DNA of 64,000 bases from Oopsacas minuta (taxonomy: Eukaryota; Animalia; Porifera), in assembly GCA_024704765.1 (NCBI GenBank), contig JAKMXF010000363.1, forward strand, positions 153,521 through 217,520, given 5' to 3'. The notes under the pieces were generated by a model. That model worked only from the letters and a program-made list of their open reading frames with translations, had not been told where the DNA came from and did no database searches. A program made the position numbers and the translations under genes. This document shows positions 37,107 through 52,322 of this stretch, one piece after another; within the stretch, counting starts at the first letter, position 1, and every line of letters starts with the position of its first letter.

Positions 37107-40100
37107 TTCTCCTCCTTCTCAGAAGGAGATTGTCGGATCCGATCGAATTTCGCATTCAAGTCAGCATGCTGACCCTCAATAACTCTCCCGATTTCTCCTT
37201 GGCTAGAAGAACCTCTTGGTTATTCGAGCTCTCATGGATATTCCCATCAGAATATGCTGGAAGTTGACTCGTATGCAAAGGCTAATAGTTTCAGAAATCA
37301 GTATATTAATGTTATTCTCATTCTAAAACAAGAGTTATACAATTTCATCTATGATAAATAGGAATTAATAATCAAATAGATATTAAACAATTTGGAAATT
37401 CCTCCAAGACTATAATCAGTGAATGAATTGTTGATGGATTAGGAGTATAATGTCAGTTCATTAATATCATTACTTGCATAATTAAGCCACTGTTATACAA
37501 GTTTGTTGCGTCACGCTTAAGTGGTCAATTGTGGCCGACACAATGAATATTCGAGTCAGAAAGTGTCAAAATTCTATGTATAAATGAATGATTAAGTCTT
37601 TTTCTACGCTATCGACAGCACCAATTGAGTTAATAGTGTCGTATTAACAAATTTTCAATATTCCTCTACTAGCCAAATTACGTGTGTTAAATAAATCATA
37701 TTGACTACCTCTAGTTGTAAGAGTATTCAATTCTTGCAGTCTAGCATTATAACTTATTAAGAACATAACTATGGGAATAAGTCTCTAGTGATAAATACTA
37801 ACTAGCAAGTAACTCTATAACTAAAGGGGAAATGCTAATGGTCATCAGCTAGCTAGGACTGAGCTTGGACTCACTGCGTCGCTCTTCTTCTTTGAATGCT
37901 GGCCAGAATACGAACACTTCCTTTTCGTGTCCGTATCGAAATTTCTATAGGAATTAGACACCAATAAAATACATCTATATTTGTAAGTCTCAATTGTTGT
38001 TTGTTTGTTTGTTTGTCTGTTGTCAAGGCAAGGATTTACGGTATGCAATATTTAAATTGTCCATAACTATGTATTTACTGTGTTGTGTTGAATTCAAAGA
38101 AATAGAATTCAATAAAACTTCACTAAAGTATATCCAACATGATGAATACGATTATCACACTTTTGGATTAATCATATGCAAATTTATTGTTGTTTTTATG
38201 AAAAAAAGTAAACAAACTAGCCAAATCTCAAAAATTAGGTAGATACGTCCTCTCAACGGGTAAAAAGGGGCTTGATCTTAAAAATACTTCAATAACATAT
38301 ATGTCATATACGTATGCTTGTGAATTATATTGTTTTTAATATATCTATATTGAAATACTCAAACGGGCCGTCATTTGGAGAAAAATAGATACCGTGAGGC
38401 GCAATGCGTCGAGTTCATCGCGAAGCGACGAGCTAAAGGCTCGTATATATATATATGACACACATGCACAGATAATTAATCTATACTATAGTCAGAGGGA
38501 CCGGATGGATTATGGATTGGATTATGATTTGGATCCATCCGCCCCTCTGACAATAGTGGGGTATCTCTAATTGTACAGATTCCCTAATCGTCCACCTGCC
38601 AAAAATATGAGTACTATGTGTACAATACAGTAAGTTTGTATATTGACCCGGCATGGACAAGTCCGATTCTTGGACGAAAATTCACACCTAAGACGGAAGT
38701 ATGCTAAATCACATGATTGGGCAATGTCAGCCAGTATAGGTGTTAGATGGTGGCAATTAAAATCACAGGTACCCGATAGTGATAATGAAATACTGCCCGA
38801 CCTCATGCTTAGATGGATTGCATCTGCCGAAACAGCAATATATTAATAGTGTGCTGAAAGATAGTCAGAAGCGGCACAAGGGAGGGCCAGGGGCATGCGC
38901 CCCACCTCATTAATTTAAGTATGTCCCAGCTTAATAACCTGTACCCCACCAGTAATGGCTGGCTAACTCCGCAACTGAGGATAGTTCATACAATAATTGT
39001 TAGTATACGTAAGTCTGTACCTTGAACGGATTTTATCAAAGGGCTGATCTTATTTACAGCTTGATGCTGAGGAGGAATATATTGTAGAGGTGAAGGCAGA
39101 TTAGGTTGGAGTTGAGCCTGAGGAGAATATGGAATACCTTGATTCATGAGATTGTCTAGGAGCTGAGATCCTTGTGAAGGAGATTGAGTAGTAGTAGTAT
39201 CATAATGCTGTACTCCTTGCTGATGTAGCTGGGTACTAGCTGTAGATTCATGGTAAGGTTGGATAGATTGAGGAGGGCTTGTTTTCTCACTATCAGGGCA
39301 GAATTTAGACATTCTAGAATAGATATAAAAATATGGATAAGATTCTATATATGTAGTATCTGTTATCAACCTACGCAGCATATGGTTGTTGTTGTCTCTC
39401 TAGTATACACTCTCTATGCACAGAATTCCTACGGTAAGGTGACGTAATAATTCCAATACTGTGTCGCTCTCTTTGATGATTCTCTAGCTCATGAAGTGTA
39501 GAGAAGGACTTATCATATTGAGTGCATAAGAATAGACTGTTATGGTCCAGAGAGTTGTTTCTATCCGTGCTAGTATGTTCAGTTGCCCTGGGTATAACAG
39601 CTCCCTCAGATGGTAGGTATACAGTAGTCTGTGTGGCCAGAGGATCCGACTTATAGGATAGAGTACAAATATTCCTAATAGAGTGTTCTATGTCATGAGA
39701 CCCCCACAATATACGTATGTTCAATTCTGCATCTATTTTCTTGCGGAATTCTTCTATCGATGCAGTTACTGTTGTTAATATTTTGAAGTTAACATCTCCT
39801 AAGGTGTTTGTACCTAATCACACAAGATTTATAAATTGAGTTACTGTACATGGAAAATATTTATTTATTTATTTATTACCCAACTTTGGCTGATTTAGAT
39901 TGTACGTCTCGTTGAGAAGATTGATATTTCTAGCACACATATCTAATTCATGCAATCTTGCAATCAATATTTCATCCAAGTCTTGGTGAACTTTCTCCTC
40001 CTTCTCAGAAAGAGATTGTCGGATCCGATCAAATTTCCCTTTCAAGTCAGCATGCTGAGCCTCAATAACTCTCTTGATTTTCTCCTTGGCTAGAAGAACC

Positions 40101-43100
40101 TCTTGGTTGTTCGAGCTCTCATGGATATTTCTATCAGAATATGCCGAAGGTTGACACATGTAAACGCTAATAGTTTCAGAAATCAGTATATTAATGTTAT
40201 TCTCATTCTAAAACAAGAGTTATACAATTTCATCTATGATAAATAGGAATTAATAATCAAATAGATATTAAACAATTTGGAAATTCCTCCAAGACTATAA
40301 TCAGTGAATGAATTGTTGATGGATTAGGAGTATAATGTCAGTTCATTAACATCATTACTTGCATAATTAAGCCACTGTTATACAAGTTTGTTGCGTCACG
40401 CTTAAGTGGTCAATTGTGGCCGACACAATGAATATTCGAGTCAGAAAGTGTCAAAATTCTATGTATAAATGAATGATTAAGTCTTTTTCTACGCTATCGA
40501 CAGGAATAAGTCTCTAGTGATAAATACTAACTAGCAAGTTAATTCTATAACTAAACGGGAAATACTAATAGTCATCAGCTAGCTAGGCTCAATTCCTTTT
40601 TTTATTTTTTTCCCTTCTGACTTTTTTGAGCAGTAGCTCTTTTGCTACTGGATAGCTGGGTTGGGAAGGAGACCCGGGAGTATCTGGGTCGGAACACCTT
40701 CTTTTTCTTGTCCGTATCGACATTTCTATAGGAATTAGACACCAATAAAATACATCTATATTTGTAAGTCTCAATTGTTGTTTGTTTGTTTGTTTGTCTG
40801 TTGTCAAGGCAAGGATTTACGGTATGCAATATTTAAATTGTCCATAACTATGTATTTACTGTGTTGTGTTGAATTCAAAGAAGTAAATAGAATTCAATAA
40901 AACTTCACTAAAGTATATCCAACATGATGAATACGATTATCACACTTTTGGATTAATCATATGCAAATTTATTGTTGTTTTATGAAAAAAAGTAAACAAA
41001 TTAGCCAAATCTCAAAATTAGGTAGATACGTCCTCTCAACGGGTAAAAAGGGGCTTGATCTTAAAAATACTTCAATAACATATATGTCATATACGCATGC
41101 TTGTGAATTACATTATTTTTAATATATCTATATTGAAATACTCAAACGGGCCGTCATTTGGAGAAAAATAGATACCGTGAGGCGCAATGCGTCGAGTTCA
41201 TCGCGAAGCGACGAGCTAAAGGCTCGTATAATATGACACACATGCACATATAATTAATCTATACTATAGTCAGAGGGACCGGATGGATTATGGATTGGAT
41301 TATGATTTGGATCCATCCGCCCCTCTGACTATAGTGGGGTATCTCTAATTGTACAGATTCCCTAATCGTCCACCTGCCAAAAATATGAGTACTACCGTAT
41401 TTCCCTGAATAAGCACCCCGGCGCTTATTTTTTTCGTGGATGTGAAACCCCGGCGCTTATTCTTTTCGTTCATATGAAACCCCCGGCGCTTATTCGGGGA
41501 AATACGGTATGTGTACAATACAGTAAGTTTAAGAAATTTGTTATCCTACTTAGCATTCAGAATATTCACAAAAATAAATATTTGAAATAGTCATAAACTG
41601 AATATTTGCATGAGAATTCGAGATTTTATTATACAAAACTCTGAGTCAAGTAAAGCACAGTCAAACCCGACTTTCCTAACTCTGTATAGTTCTTTCTAAT
41701 TAATTTTACTATTACAGTAATACTCCATGTAATTCAGCTACCAAAGGTGTAAACAAGGTTGATAATACAGGAAAATAGAAATGGGATTTCCTCATCTAGC
41801 ATGGAGGTCGTAATAAATATGACTTTAGTAATATTTATTATGAATCAAACTAATTTCCCCTGCACTTAACAAAATTCAATTATTCTACATCTTATGGGTT
41901 GACACCAGCTGTCCAATACAAAATATGTAAAAGCATTAGAAGAAATAAAATATATGTTATAGGAGATGTTGTCAATCGGGCGATTTGATAGTATATGGCT
42001 TCAATACTGTACTTTTATAGTTTCTAATTCCATCAGTAAGCAAACTGATAATTTAGCCAAGTATATTACGATATATCTAATGTACTTATTTAGGAATGGA
42101 CGTACTAAACTCCCTCAATGCTTGTGTTTGAGGTCAACTAATAAGGAATAGCCAAGTATACTGCAAAATTGACTTTCATGTTTCGTGGTAGATTTGAATC
42201 TTCTTCAGATATTATTTTCTTGTTTTCATTCCATCGTAATGGTAATGATTTTTTTCAATAACAGTTTTTAAGGTAAAATGATTACAGAAAAGAAGTGTAT
42301 ACCCAAGGAGCTTAAAGTGTTGGAGTTTTAAAATTAGTAATGGAGACAATTGGATAAAATCTCCTATTAATTGTATAACTTCATTTTGACGCTTGCATAT
42401 TTTACATAAGAGTGTGGTAATCTTACTTTCGATGGTAATTTTCAGTCATTTTAAGTATGAATAAATAAAAAACATTCTAGGTTTACTATTTATTTGTGGA
42501 ATCGTGCTATCGTACGATCGTACGACGATTGAAGCATGTCAGCTATAATTTGTTGAAGTCACACAATTCACTTAAAAACTGTATTGAAGCCATATACCAT
42601 CAGATCGCCAACATCTCCTATGACATATACTCTATACATGTATGTATACCCAGAATTGATTATAGAAACTGGAAGGCCCAGGATGGATTTTTGAACACAG
42701 ATGTATATTGACCCGGCATGGACAAGTCCGATTCTTGGACGAAAATTCACACATAAGACGGAAGTATGCTGAATCACATGATTGGGCAATGTCAGCCAGT
42801 ATAGGTGTTAGATGGTGGCAATTAAAATCACAGGTACCCGATAGTGATAGTGAAATATCTCCCTCAGTGCTGTGAACTCCAGAATTGACAATACTATCCT
42901 CAGTTTCATCTGCCGAAACAGCAATATATTAACAGTGGGCTGAAAGATAGTCAGAAGCGGCACAAGGGAGGGCCAGGGGCATGCGCCCCACCTCATTAAT
43001 TTAAGTATGTCCCAGCTTAATAACCTGTACCCCACCAGTAATGACTGGCTAACTACGCAACTGAGGATAGTTCATACAATAATTGTTAGTATACGTAAGT

Positions 43101-43117
43101 CTGTACCTTGAACGGAT
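37107..43117. repeat. Tandem duplication (37107-39031 versus 39990-43117) with copy-specific indels
   Basis: Shared coiled-coil exon, DINE-like repeat, hAT MITE (38866-38977 / ~42952-43063) and SVQG|TDLRILTIIV end. Copy 2 has an extra ~1.17 kb (41530-42702) and a MITE, and lacks ~155 bp. Confidence 0.9.
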
Positions 43118-44047
43118 CTAGTCAAAGAACGGATGTTGTTCTTTCCGTCCTCCTTCACTTCTTCCTCCCACTTCTTCTTATTAGTCACTGCATCCTGTAG
43201 CTCATTCGCAGCTGAAGTATAGTCCTTGATGAGTTGGGCTACAACCTTCTTTAATGAGACATTGTCTCTTTCTACTTTTTCACACAATTGACACACATAC
43301 GTATGATTATTCTTCCAGGTTCTTACTTCTTCTCCTAATTTTGTTTGTATCTCTTCTCTCTCAGTTTTTACATTTGCCAGTTCAGTTTTCAAATTTAAGA
43401 TTAAGGCATCTACCTGTCTCTTTTGCTCCAATTCCTCTCGTGACTTCTCAGTTATATCTAATGAGCCATGGATAAATATACTATAATAAACCCGGTTTGA
43501 AGGATCATACCTGTTGTTACTGATGGCTTTATTCTAGGAGGAGGGAGAGGGTGATCCTGTGGAGGAGAATTTAAGACAACTGACACTCTCTCTTCATGTC
43601 TCGGTAGTGTACTCTTGAATACAGGAGGAGATTGACCAGGGCATGATTGGTACTTTCCTTCACTGTAGTCTGAAAAATGAAATTAAATTAATATTAATCA
43701 CATATCAGCTGATTATTACAATTTGTATTATTGAATTTAGTATAATTTCTCCTGAATTAATCACCGCTAATATTCACTAATCAACCAAATAATGCTCTAA
43801 TTAAATACCAGATACATAATGTAGATACAATAATACTTACTTGGTGGTATATCAGGTCTCTCTATAGACTGTATAGGTGAATATTCAATAGTAGGAGAGA
43901 AGACATTAACTTCTACTCTAGATCTATCTTCTTGTCTAGTTGCAGGTATTACAGGATTATCTGTACCGGATAAAGTTCCTCTCCTTGCAGGCAAATATGG
44001 GGGGTGCTCTCCGCGACGTGACTTAGCTAGATGATTATTGGCGAAGT
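38986..44047 (-). CDS. Uncharacterized Pro-rich / coiled-coil / C2H2-like exons
   Basis: Phase-1 exon chain 44047-43841, ~43669-43511 and ~43456-43108, open in frame. ORF 39869-40159 is a coiled coil reminiscent of a TRIM BBC region; 39371-39724 contains FLCTQYDKSFSTLHELENHQRERH. Gene boundaries are uncertain. Confidence 0.5.
41395..41507. mobile_element. pogo-type MITE with empty-site paralog
   Basis: TA|CCGTATTTCCCTGAATAAGC...GCTTATTCGGGGAAATACGG|TA; the paralogous site near 38612 reads gagtacTAtgtgtac. Confidence 0.95.
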
Positions 44048-44363
44048 CTAAATAAACAAAGAGTAAATCAACACAATAATACCATACAAACAAGTTATAT
44101 AAACTTGTTTAGTAGACAATAATACCGTCTATAGGATTAACCACAAGATTATACACAAATAATATAAGTAGAAATTTGTAGTAGAAATTATACGAAATCA
44201 ATCAAAGTTTGAGAAATGAAAAAACTCAAAAAGTAATTTTACGTAAAATAGAGGAAAATAGTAAAATTATTTGATACACAAACAGTAGAAAATAAAGAAT
44301 TTTTCGTTTGAATTAATAACATTCAATCGGAATTTGAAATTGAAATATGTACATAGTACATAA

Positions 44364-44475
<112 letters not shown>

Positions 44476-44963
44476 AGTCTTGGACGAAAATTCACACCTG
44501 ACAAAATTATGATGCCATTGCCACCTTTTTGAATTTTCGAAAAATCACATGATTAGCCACACTGCTCAGCGACCTAGCAAGCGAAGGGCGCTAGTGTTAA
44601 ATAATTAGCTTGTTTCGAAGATGCTCATCTGTGAATATAAGTATTAAATAAAGATATGTATTAAAATATAATAAATTGACGAGGAGGGAGATTAAATGGG
44701 GCAGGCGGGGATGATAAACAAGTATATTATTTTATTAATTATTGTTTTCATATTTTCTAAATATATTTTGTGAATAATTAGGCGATTAAAGATGGAATTA
44801 TGTTTGATTTGATAACTTGAATATTCATAACTACAGAACTGCATGAGGGATTGAGAAATAATTAGAGGTAGAAGTTAGCTGCGAAAATTACAGTTCAAAT
44901 CAGCTGTTTATAAAATGCATTGCGTTAAGTTCAAAATGAAAAAAATGAACAAAATGAACTCAC

Positions 44964-45093
44964 CATCACTAGTGCTGTAGGGTAGTCCTCCTACAAAGAT
45001 TTTTGCTGTGTCTTTGAGAAATGTTGATTTTCGATAATAATAACCTTCATTCCCATAGTCAAAGTTGGGAGATCGCTCATCAATAACTGGCAT
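44964..45093 (-). pseudogene. Third copy of Musashi exon 1 (open frame; fourth copy at 47920-48049, +)
   Basis: MPVIDERSPNFDYGNEGYYYRKSTFLKDTAKIFVGGLPYSTSD G|GTGAGT. Confidence 0.75.
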
Positions 45094-46122
45094 TTTTTCT
45101 AGCAACAACGTGCAGATAATAATAAGTAATATAGGACTAAAACTATGCAGGTGCCAAAAAAGGAAAAAATATAAAGTTTCAAGCTTTATATAGTCGAAAG
45201 GGTTCACTGAAATTTGATATTTTTCCTATCATCAGCCTTGGGTACAATTGCAGAATCTTACACCCCCCAACTATTTTAATGTGGTCAAAAATTCCTATAT
45301 GCACCGTTCAAGAACTCGTTGAGAAGAGTTGATAGAGCTAAGAACTCCAAATCGGAATAAAATTGACAAAGTTACGAAAAATTTACTTCCTAAGCCAAAT
45401 CCTATGATGGGGGAGAATTTATTACTCACTACAGTCAAATTGTATTGATTTATACATTACAATTACCATAGGAATGCTCATACTGTTGATATTGCGGTTA
45501 TACACGCTTGTTACTCTACTCTTTCATGTTCATTTGTTTGCTATCCAGTGTTTTCACTGCAGGTAATTCTTGTTACTTTAAAGGAAAGCAGGTCACAAGA
45601 TAATGCTGTCTGCAACACTAAATATTATACAGTACAACATTGCATTTAATATTTCATACAGTGGCACCTCGATAATTCGAACCTAGTTAATGGAATTCCC
45701 GACATGACGCATTATTTGCATATATTCTGTTTCCTTTAATCGTAGTTCAATTTGTATTACTCCGGCCTTGGCAAACCAATTTTGATCTTTCGTTTGTGTT
45801 CGTATCAATGTTAGAAACAATTCATGTACTATTTAATCGCATAGTTATTGATCCAGCTTCTCTCCAGGTGCCTTAGTAATGTTGGAACAAAGTTTTCATG
45901 GATTTATACTTATAATAGTGGACAGAATATTATATATATATGACATCCCATGGCTGGATATAATACTATGGGTAGTAGTTATAATTGGAGTAACTAATTA
46001 GTATTAAGCTTTCTATCTACTACTTTAACTACAAATCTACAATATAACAAGTACTGCTACAAAAGAAACACCAAAGCAGAACTATGATACTAATTACAGG
46101 TTACTGATAACTATCAAAACAG

Positions 46123-46690
46123 TTAGACAACTGGATATTGTTTCCTTATTTTCATGATAAGGTTGGAGAAACTAGCTCGTCCATATTCTTTCTGCCAACA
46201 AACTTCAGATAAGTGAGTATCTAAAAGTATGGGGTTAGTAGTCATGCAATTCCTCAGCCGTTTCTCCGCACCACCCCATATACTCTCAGCTGTTTGTGTA
46301 TGTACGCCTGTAGTAGGGTCAACAAAATTGAAACTATGGTTGACGGTGAGATGCTGAAACTTGCAGCAGGGATAGAATTATACGAAGCCCATTCCTCAGA
46401 AAGTATGGTAGTGCCCGGAAGAATATATCTCTGGATGAGAGGAATTAATGTTGCAGCCGACCTGTCTTGAACAGGTGTCATAAAGGCACCTTTTGTCTCT
46501 CAATCTATTCCCCCAAATACCCATTGATCTGATAGCATACGACCTCTTGAATACTTTCGATGTCCAAACTTTGATTCATCTATTTCTACAATATGCCCAG
46601 GCCCTCCAATTGTTTGAGGATTGACTAAAAAATCTTCAACACATAGGTCTCTGAGGGAGTTCTTCCAGTCTGTTATAGTAGGCTCTCCCC
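46123..46690 (-). pseudogene. Merlin transposase fragment, copy 2
   Basis: VEIDESKFGHRKYSRGRMLSDQWVFGGID*ETKGAFMTPVQDRSAATLIPLIQRYILPGTTILSEEWASY, then in a shifted frame HLTVNHSFNFVDPTTGVHTQTAESIW. Confidence 0.88.
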
Positions 46691-49600
46691 ACCCAGATTC
46701 TTGTTGATTCGAAATGTACTGATAATTCTATAAAGAAGCCTCTATCTTTACGATCATCATTTTTCCTATGATAGAAATTGAGTATATTCGGCCAGTTTAG
46801 TACCCTTTTACTTTCTAGTACTTGATATACAGAAAAATCATAGTTTGACCCTTACATCTGTGTAAATACTCCAAAATGGTGTTCAAATGGATCATTTTGT
46901 ATAAAAGATGGTAATACATAAGAGAATCCACATTCTCCAGTCATATATTCTACAAGTTTTGGTAGAGCAATGCTTGAAACTATCTTGTACAGAAAATAGC
47001 TCTTTGTTGTCAGATGGACGATGCTAATTACATCAACCATATTCCAAACTTCCCATTCTTGGGGATCTCTAAGTCACATTATTTAGTGTTTATGTCATCG
47101 AAGCTATAGACGATGAATTTCCTCTGCTCTCCTTCAAATACATCAACGCACTGTTCAGTTGCCTATATAGTACAATACCATAAAACATATAATACTACAA
47201 GTCGAGTATTTGACACAACTTGACATACTTGGATCTGTAATCACGATCTAATTGTCTCTATCAAGCCTTGGATATTTAATAACGTGATCTTTAAGACGAT
47301 CAGGGTAACCAGGAAGATATTTAGGAATTGGACATTTCTTCAATGTAGCCTTTATTAATCGTATCTTCGTTTGGCCATCAGTTTCAGGATAAGTTTGCTT
47401 TGTCAACTATATCATCAGAATCAAAGTGCTTAGCAGAAACCAAAATGTTTTCATTGTGTGAAGATCTATAATATAATTCATAATTACGTAATGATAAATT
47501 AATCCTCAACCGTAGAATTATCACTTAATTTATATCCAAGTTAAGTTCTAAAGAAATACATAACATATCTATGAAGAAATCGTTTCCACTAATGAACGAT
47601 ATCTTGGGGCCCTGAAGGAATGTGAAACACTGCAACATCAGTATGATCATGCTAGTATCCAGTGGTACATTAGTGGAAACGATTTCTTCATAGATATGTT
47701 ATGTATTTCTTTAGAACTTAACTTGGATATAAATTAAGTGATAATTCTACGGTTGAGGATTAATTTATCATTACGTAATTATGAATTATATTATAGATCT
47801 TCACACAATGAAAACATTTTGGTTTCTGCTAAGCACTTTGATTCTGATGATATAGTTAACACGCAAACTTATCTTGAAACTGATGGATCTACATAGTAGT
47901 GTTATTGTTATTGGAGAAGATGCCTATTATTGAGAATCGGTCCACTGACTTTGACTATGGGAATGAAGGTTATTATCGAAAATTGAAACCAATTGTGAAA
48001 GACACAGCGAAAATCTTTGTAGGAGGACTACCCTACAGTACTAGTGATGGTGAGTTCATTTTTTTCATTTTGAACTTAACGCAATGCATTTTATAAACAG
48101 CTGATTTGAACTGTAATTTTCGCAGCTAACTTCTACCTCTAATTATTTCTCAATCCCTCATGCAGTTCTGTAGTTATGAATATTCAAGTTATCAAATCAA
48201 ACATAATTCCATCTTTAATCGCCTAATTATTCACAAAATATATTTAGAAAATATGAAAACAATAATTAATAAAATAATATACTTGTTTATCATCCCCGCC
48301 TGCCCCATTTAATCTCCCTCCTCGTCAATTTATTATATTTTAATACATATCTTTATTTAATACTTATATTCACAGATGAGCATCTTCGAAACAAGCTAAT
48401 TATTTAACACTAGCGCCCTTCGCTTGCTAGGTCGCTGAGCAGTGTGGCTAATCATGTGATTTTTCGAAAATTCAAAAAGGTGGCAATGGCATCATAATTT
48501 TGTCAGGTGTGAATTTTCGTCCAAGACTCAAACCTGTCCGAGTCAGGCCCAAATACCCCTCCCTGTACGGCAAAAATCAGCCCCGGAGTGTGCACTAATA
48601 TTTTATTATTATTATTTAAATTGTACAATAATTCAGATTATAGAGAGGAAGTAAATATTAGTTTTCCATATACAGTGTAAGCTTAATACGAACACCAACG
48701 GACCGTACGGTTAAAATTTATTCGCCTTTCCGGAGTTCATAAACCGGAGTAATATCCATTGAAGTACGATTGTAGGGACCTGATTATGCATATATAGGTA
48801 TTATTCTTTTTACTGTGCCGAATATACGTTAATAGGGTGCACCAGTATTGAAATGCATGCCTTAGCCTAGGCTGCGCAAACGGTCAGACTACTCAGGCTA
48901 TGGAATGACCACTTTACTATTGCTCAAGCAATCGCCCGATCGCCATTTAGCCTCATCCGCCGCACTTGCTTAGTTCGTGTACTGTGCAGACTACTATTTA
49001 GTCAGTCAGTATTGGTATCATGGCTAATTTTTTTTAGTTTTTATGCCAAAGTTTTTGGAAAGTGAAAGATTTTGAATTTGGAAAGGTGAAGAATTATTTT
49101 CAGTTCCAAATGGTGTCGTAATTATGGTTCATAATATTTTGCTCAAGGCCACAAAAGTTGATAAGTGAGTATCAAATAGTCGCCCCTGATATCGGTAAAA
49201 CTAGGATATTTCCTGTTTAGGTTGAAAAGACTTACTAAAGGCGGTTCACCTATGTATTTCCCTATCATTTATGTTTATAGGTGATTTTCACTCAAATATA
49301 GCCTTGAAAATATACCCTTTACATTAATCTATGTTATTTAATCTCAATTGATGTCTGTTTGTTTGTTGTTGTTTGTTGTTTTCTCCGTTGTCAAGAATAG
49401 GATTTATGGTTTGGTATTTTGCAATTGCAATCGCAATCCAAAGATGTTGCATACCTCTATATTTATCGCGATTAGCAAAGTGTAGGAAACTACGCAACTT
49501 TCTCTTCTTAAAGCGCCGGTTTCATAAGTACTCCTCCCCTTCCATAAATATACCCCAGCGTGAAGAATACTGTGTAGTATTCTTTCGAGGGAAAAATGAT

Positions 49601-52064
49601 TCTGTGTAGTCAAGTTTCCCCTCTTCAAAGAATTTGTAGATATTTCTTACTAGACATAATCTATATTATTAAATCTCAATGATTGTCTGTTTGTTTGTAT
49701 GTCTGTTTGTTTGTCCGTTGTCAAGGAAAGGATTTATGGTATCCACTTTTGAAATTTCCGCATAACTATGTATTTATCGTGTTTATCAGGGAAGTATAGA
49801 ATTCAATAAAACTTGACTAAATATATCGTACATACTGAATCCGATTTTCACACTTCGGATTAATTATACGTAAATTTATTGTTGTTTTTAGGGATATAAA
49901 GTATAAAAATCTCTATATTGAGGTAGAATCATACTTTCAACGACTATACTGGAGTAATCGAGTATTCTTGGTCTGAAAATTGTAAACAACACCAAAATTA
50001 TTAAATCTCAATTGTTGTTTGTCTGTTTGTTTGTTCATTGAATACCTCGAGGCGCAATGCGCCGAGTTCATCGCGAAGCGACGAGCCAAAGGCTCGTAGG
50101 TAATTAATTCCGAATGATAAGATTATTGGTTTACTTGTTAATGACTGATAACTACAGTTTAACATCGTTCGATCGAACTCGGTAAAATCGAATATCATGG
50201 CATATTAAAGAATAAATATTTGAACTAAATCGAGTCACTACCCACAGTTTGACGAATTTCTTTAGTATTCACGCAATGGGCGTAAAATCCGGGATATATC
50301 CCCCACTTTTTACACAGGGATGCGAATGGTCTATATAATATTACCAGCATACAATCGAAACAGTTTTATCTTATCACCTATTTCTTAAAATATTATTCCT
50401 TCTCAGATTGTAAAGAAAGTGGGATTTACTTTCATTTTACATCGGTTTTTTCTGACGATATTTCCGTGCAATGGAATAGTGAGAAATCCGGTTTCTACTT
50501 AAATATAACTAAAATATTTGGCATAAGTATGCCAAATGAAAATATCAATTCGAGCGGACTTAGTTCAACTAGGGTTGTTATGAGCGAAATTCGTAACAAC
50601 AGGCTTAAATTCGATAGCTTTTGACCTAAAGGGTGTAATAAATAACTAAATTATTACCGGAGTTTCATTGTATTTGTTGCAGTCTAGTACACATGGACCC
50701 GAGTACTTAGTCTAATTGGACTCAGGGATGTCCTTCTGTAATTATAAGTATGGGAGCGATATTTCAAATTTCAATTTCAATTTCAATTGAATATATCCTA
50801 ATTTCTAATACAAAATTCAAACAATATACTGGCAATTGAATTAATAAGATAAGATATGAATAATATCAAAGGCTTAATAGTAAATCTGAAAATAGAGTTC
50901 TAACAAGTGATTGAGTACCCAAAATTATTTAACTAATAATACTGACAAATTTCTTCTTGTTTATGGGGCTCAGAAATTTTGGACTTCAATCCATGGATAT
51001 CTGTTGCTGAATTATGGTGCAAGAGCCAAGATTTAGAATATTCCAATGGTCACCAAATAGTCAGTGGTGAACCATTAAGATGGATAAACAGCAAAGAAGA
51101 AACGTGTTCTATTGTAAGCAGGGTTCGTTTCTCATCCAATATGATATTCATTTAATTGAACCCCTTTTCGCATTCAGATGAGTTGCATGGAATAACTTCT
51201 ACGATATTTTCACGGCACTATAAAGTAAACATTTGCTCTCTCAACTCGACTTAATTATATTTGGAACAAATTTCAATTGATTTCAAATATTGATTGTATG
51301 CTACTGTAGATATCAGGTACACACATTCAGTAACTTGTGAAGTAATTGTTACTTGCCAATTTGATTTGTTAAAAAAGTATGAGAGCGGCACTCCCACTAC
51401 CTGAAAAAGTATGGGAGCGGTGCTCCCATCCGCTCCCACAGCAGGACACCACTGATTGGACTTAGACTAGTTCAAGTGCTATTAGAACCTAACTCTACGA
51501 TAATGGGTGGATTCAATAACTCAATTACGTTATACACGATTATCAAGGGTTCTGAGGGTCAATGTCCGAACTTGGGAATAACTAATCAGCATTTATGCAG
51601 GTTTATTAAAAACAGCCGTGATTATTATATCAGAAATTACAAGATTTTGTTGATTGGAAGAGTATAAGTTATCAAAATAATCAACATATTGTAAAGGCAG
51701 TTGTTTGTGGCTGTATTTCTTTTCTTCTTTAGGAAGAATAACTATATATACATATACCGACCGTTCTAAGATTTTGCTAATCTATTTACAATTTTACAAT
51801 ATTCAGTACTTCTAGCATTGACAGATAGTAAAATATTTCAGAGGCTAATTTCCTGTAGCTATTGTTCACAACAACTATATAGAATCAGGCTTTATTGACA
51901 TTCGTGATATACGTATATAACGTAATTAAGTTATTGAATCCACAGCATTAGCTTGAAGTTGGATTCCAATAGCACTTGATCTAGTCCAAGTCCAATTAGA
52001 GTAACTACTCGGGTCCAAGTCCACTTAGACCAGTCGAATTGCACTTGGACTGCATCAGATATAT

Positions 52065-52322
52065 ATTCCTGTGCTACCTCAGCACATAGATTAGTTAGTG
52101 TAGTAATCCTGATAGTATGAGTTGATTTATCAGCTGTTGTAATTAACTGTAAAGGCTGTGAATTAGCATTAAGGACTTGATACCAGCTGTGCATGTCTTC
52201 CTTTAAGTTTGGCTCAAGTTCAAGGTCCAATTTTAAGTTTGTATCAGCTCTCTCTAAGTGAATTATTGAATTACTATACTGTAACAAGTGCTTGTTATAT
52301 AATCTACAAATAGAGAGATTTC
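52065..52322 (-). other. Possible PH-like exon truncated by the end of the duplicated block
   Basis: Acceptor catacag|GAAAT; ...EDMHSWYQVLNANS resembles a PH C-terminal helix. The ORF runs into duplicated non-coding DNA at ~52068. Confidence 0.3.

Noticed and set aside
32532-44047. One giant gene running from 44047 to the kinase
   Set aside because: Phase-compatible stop-containing exons near 40590-40730 and a frameshifted exon near 37200 suggest several tandem paralogs; this cannot be resolved without transcripts.
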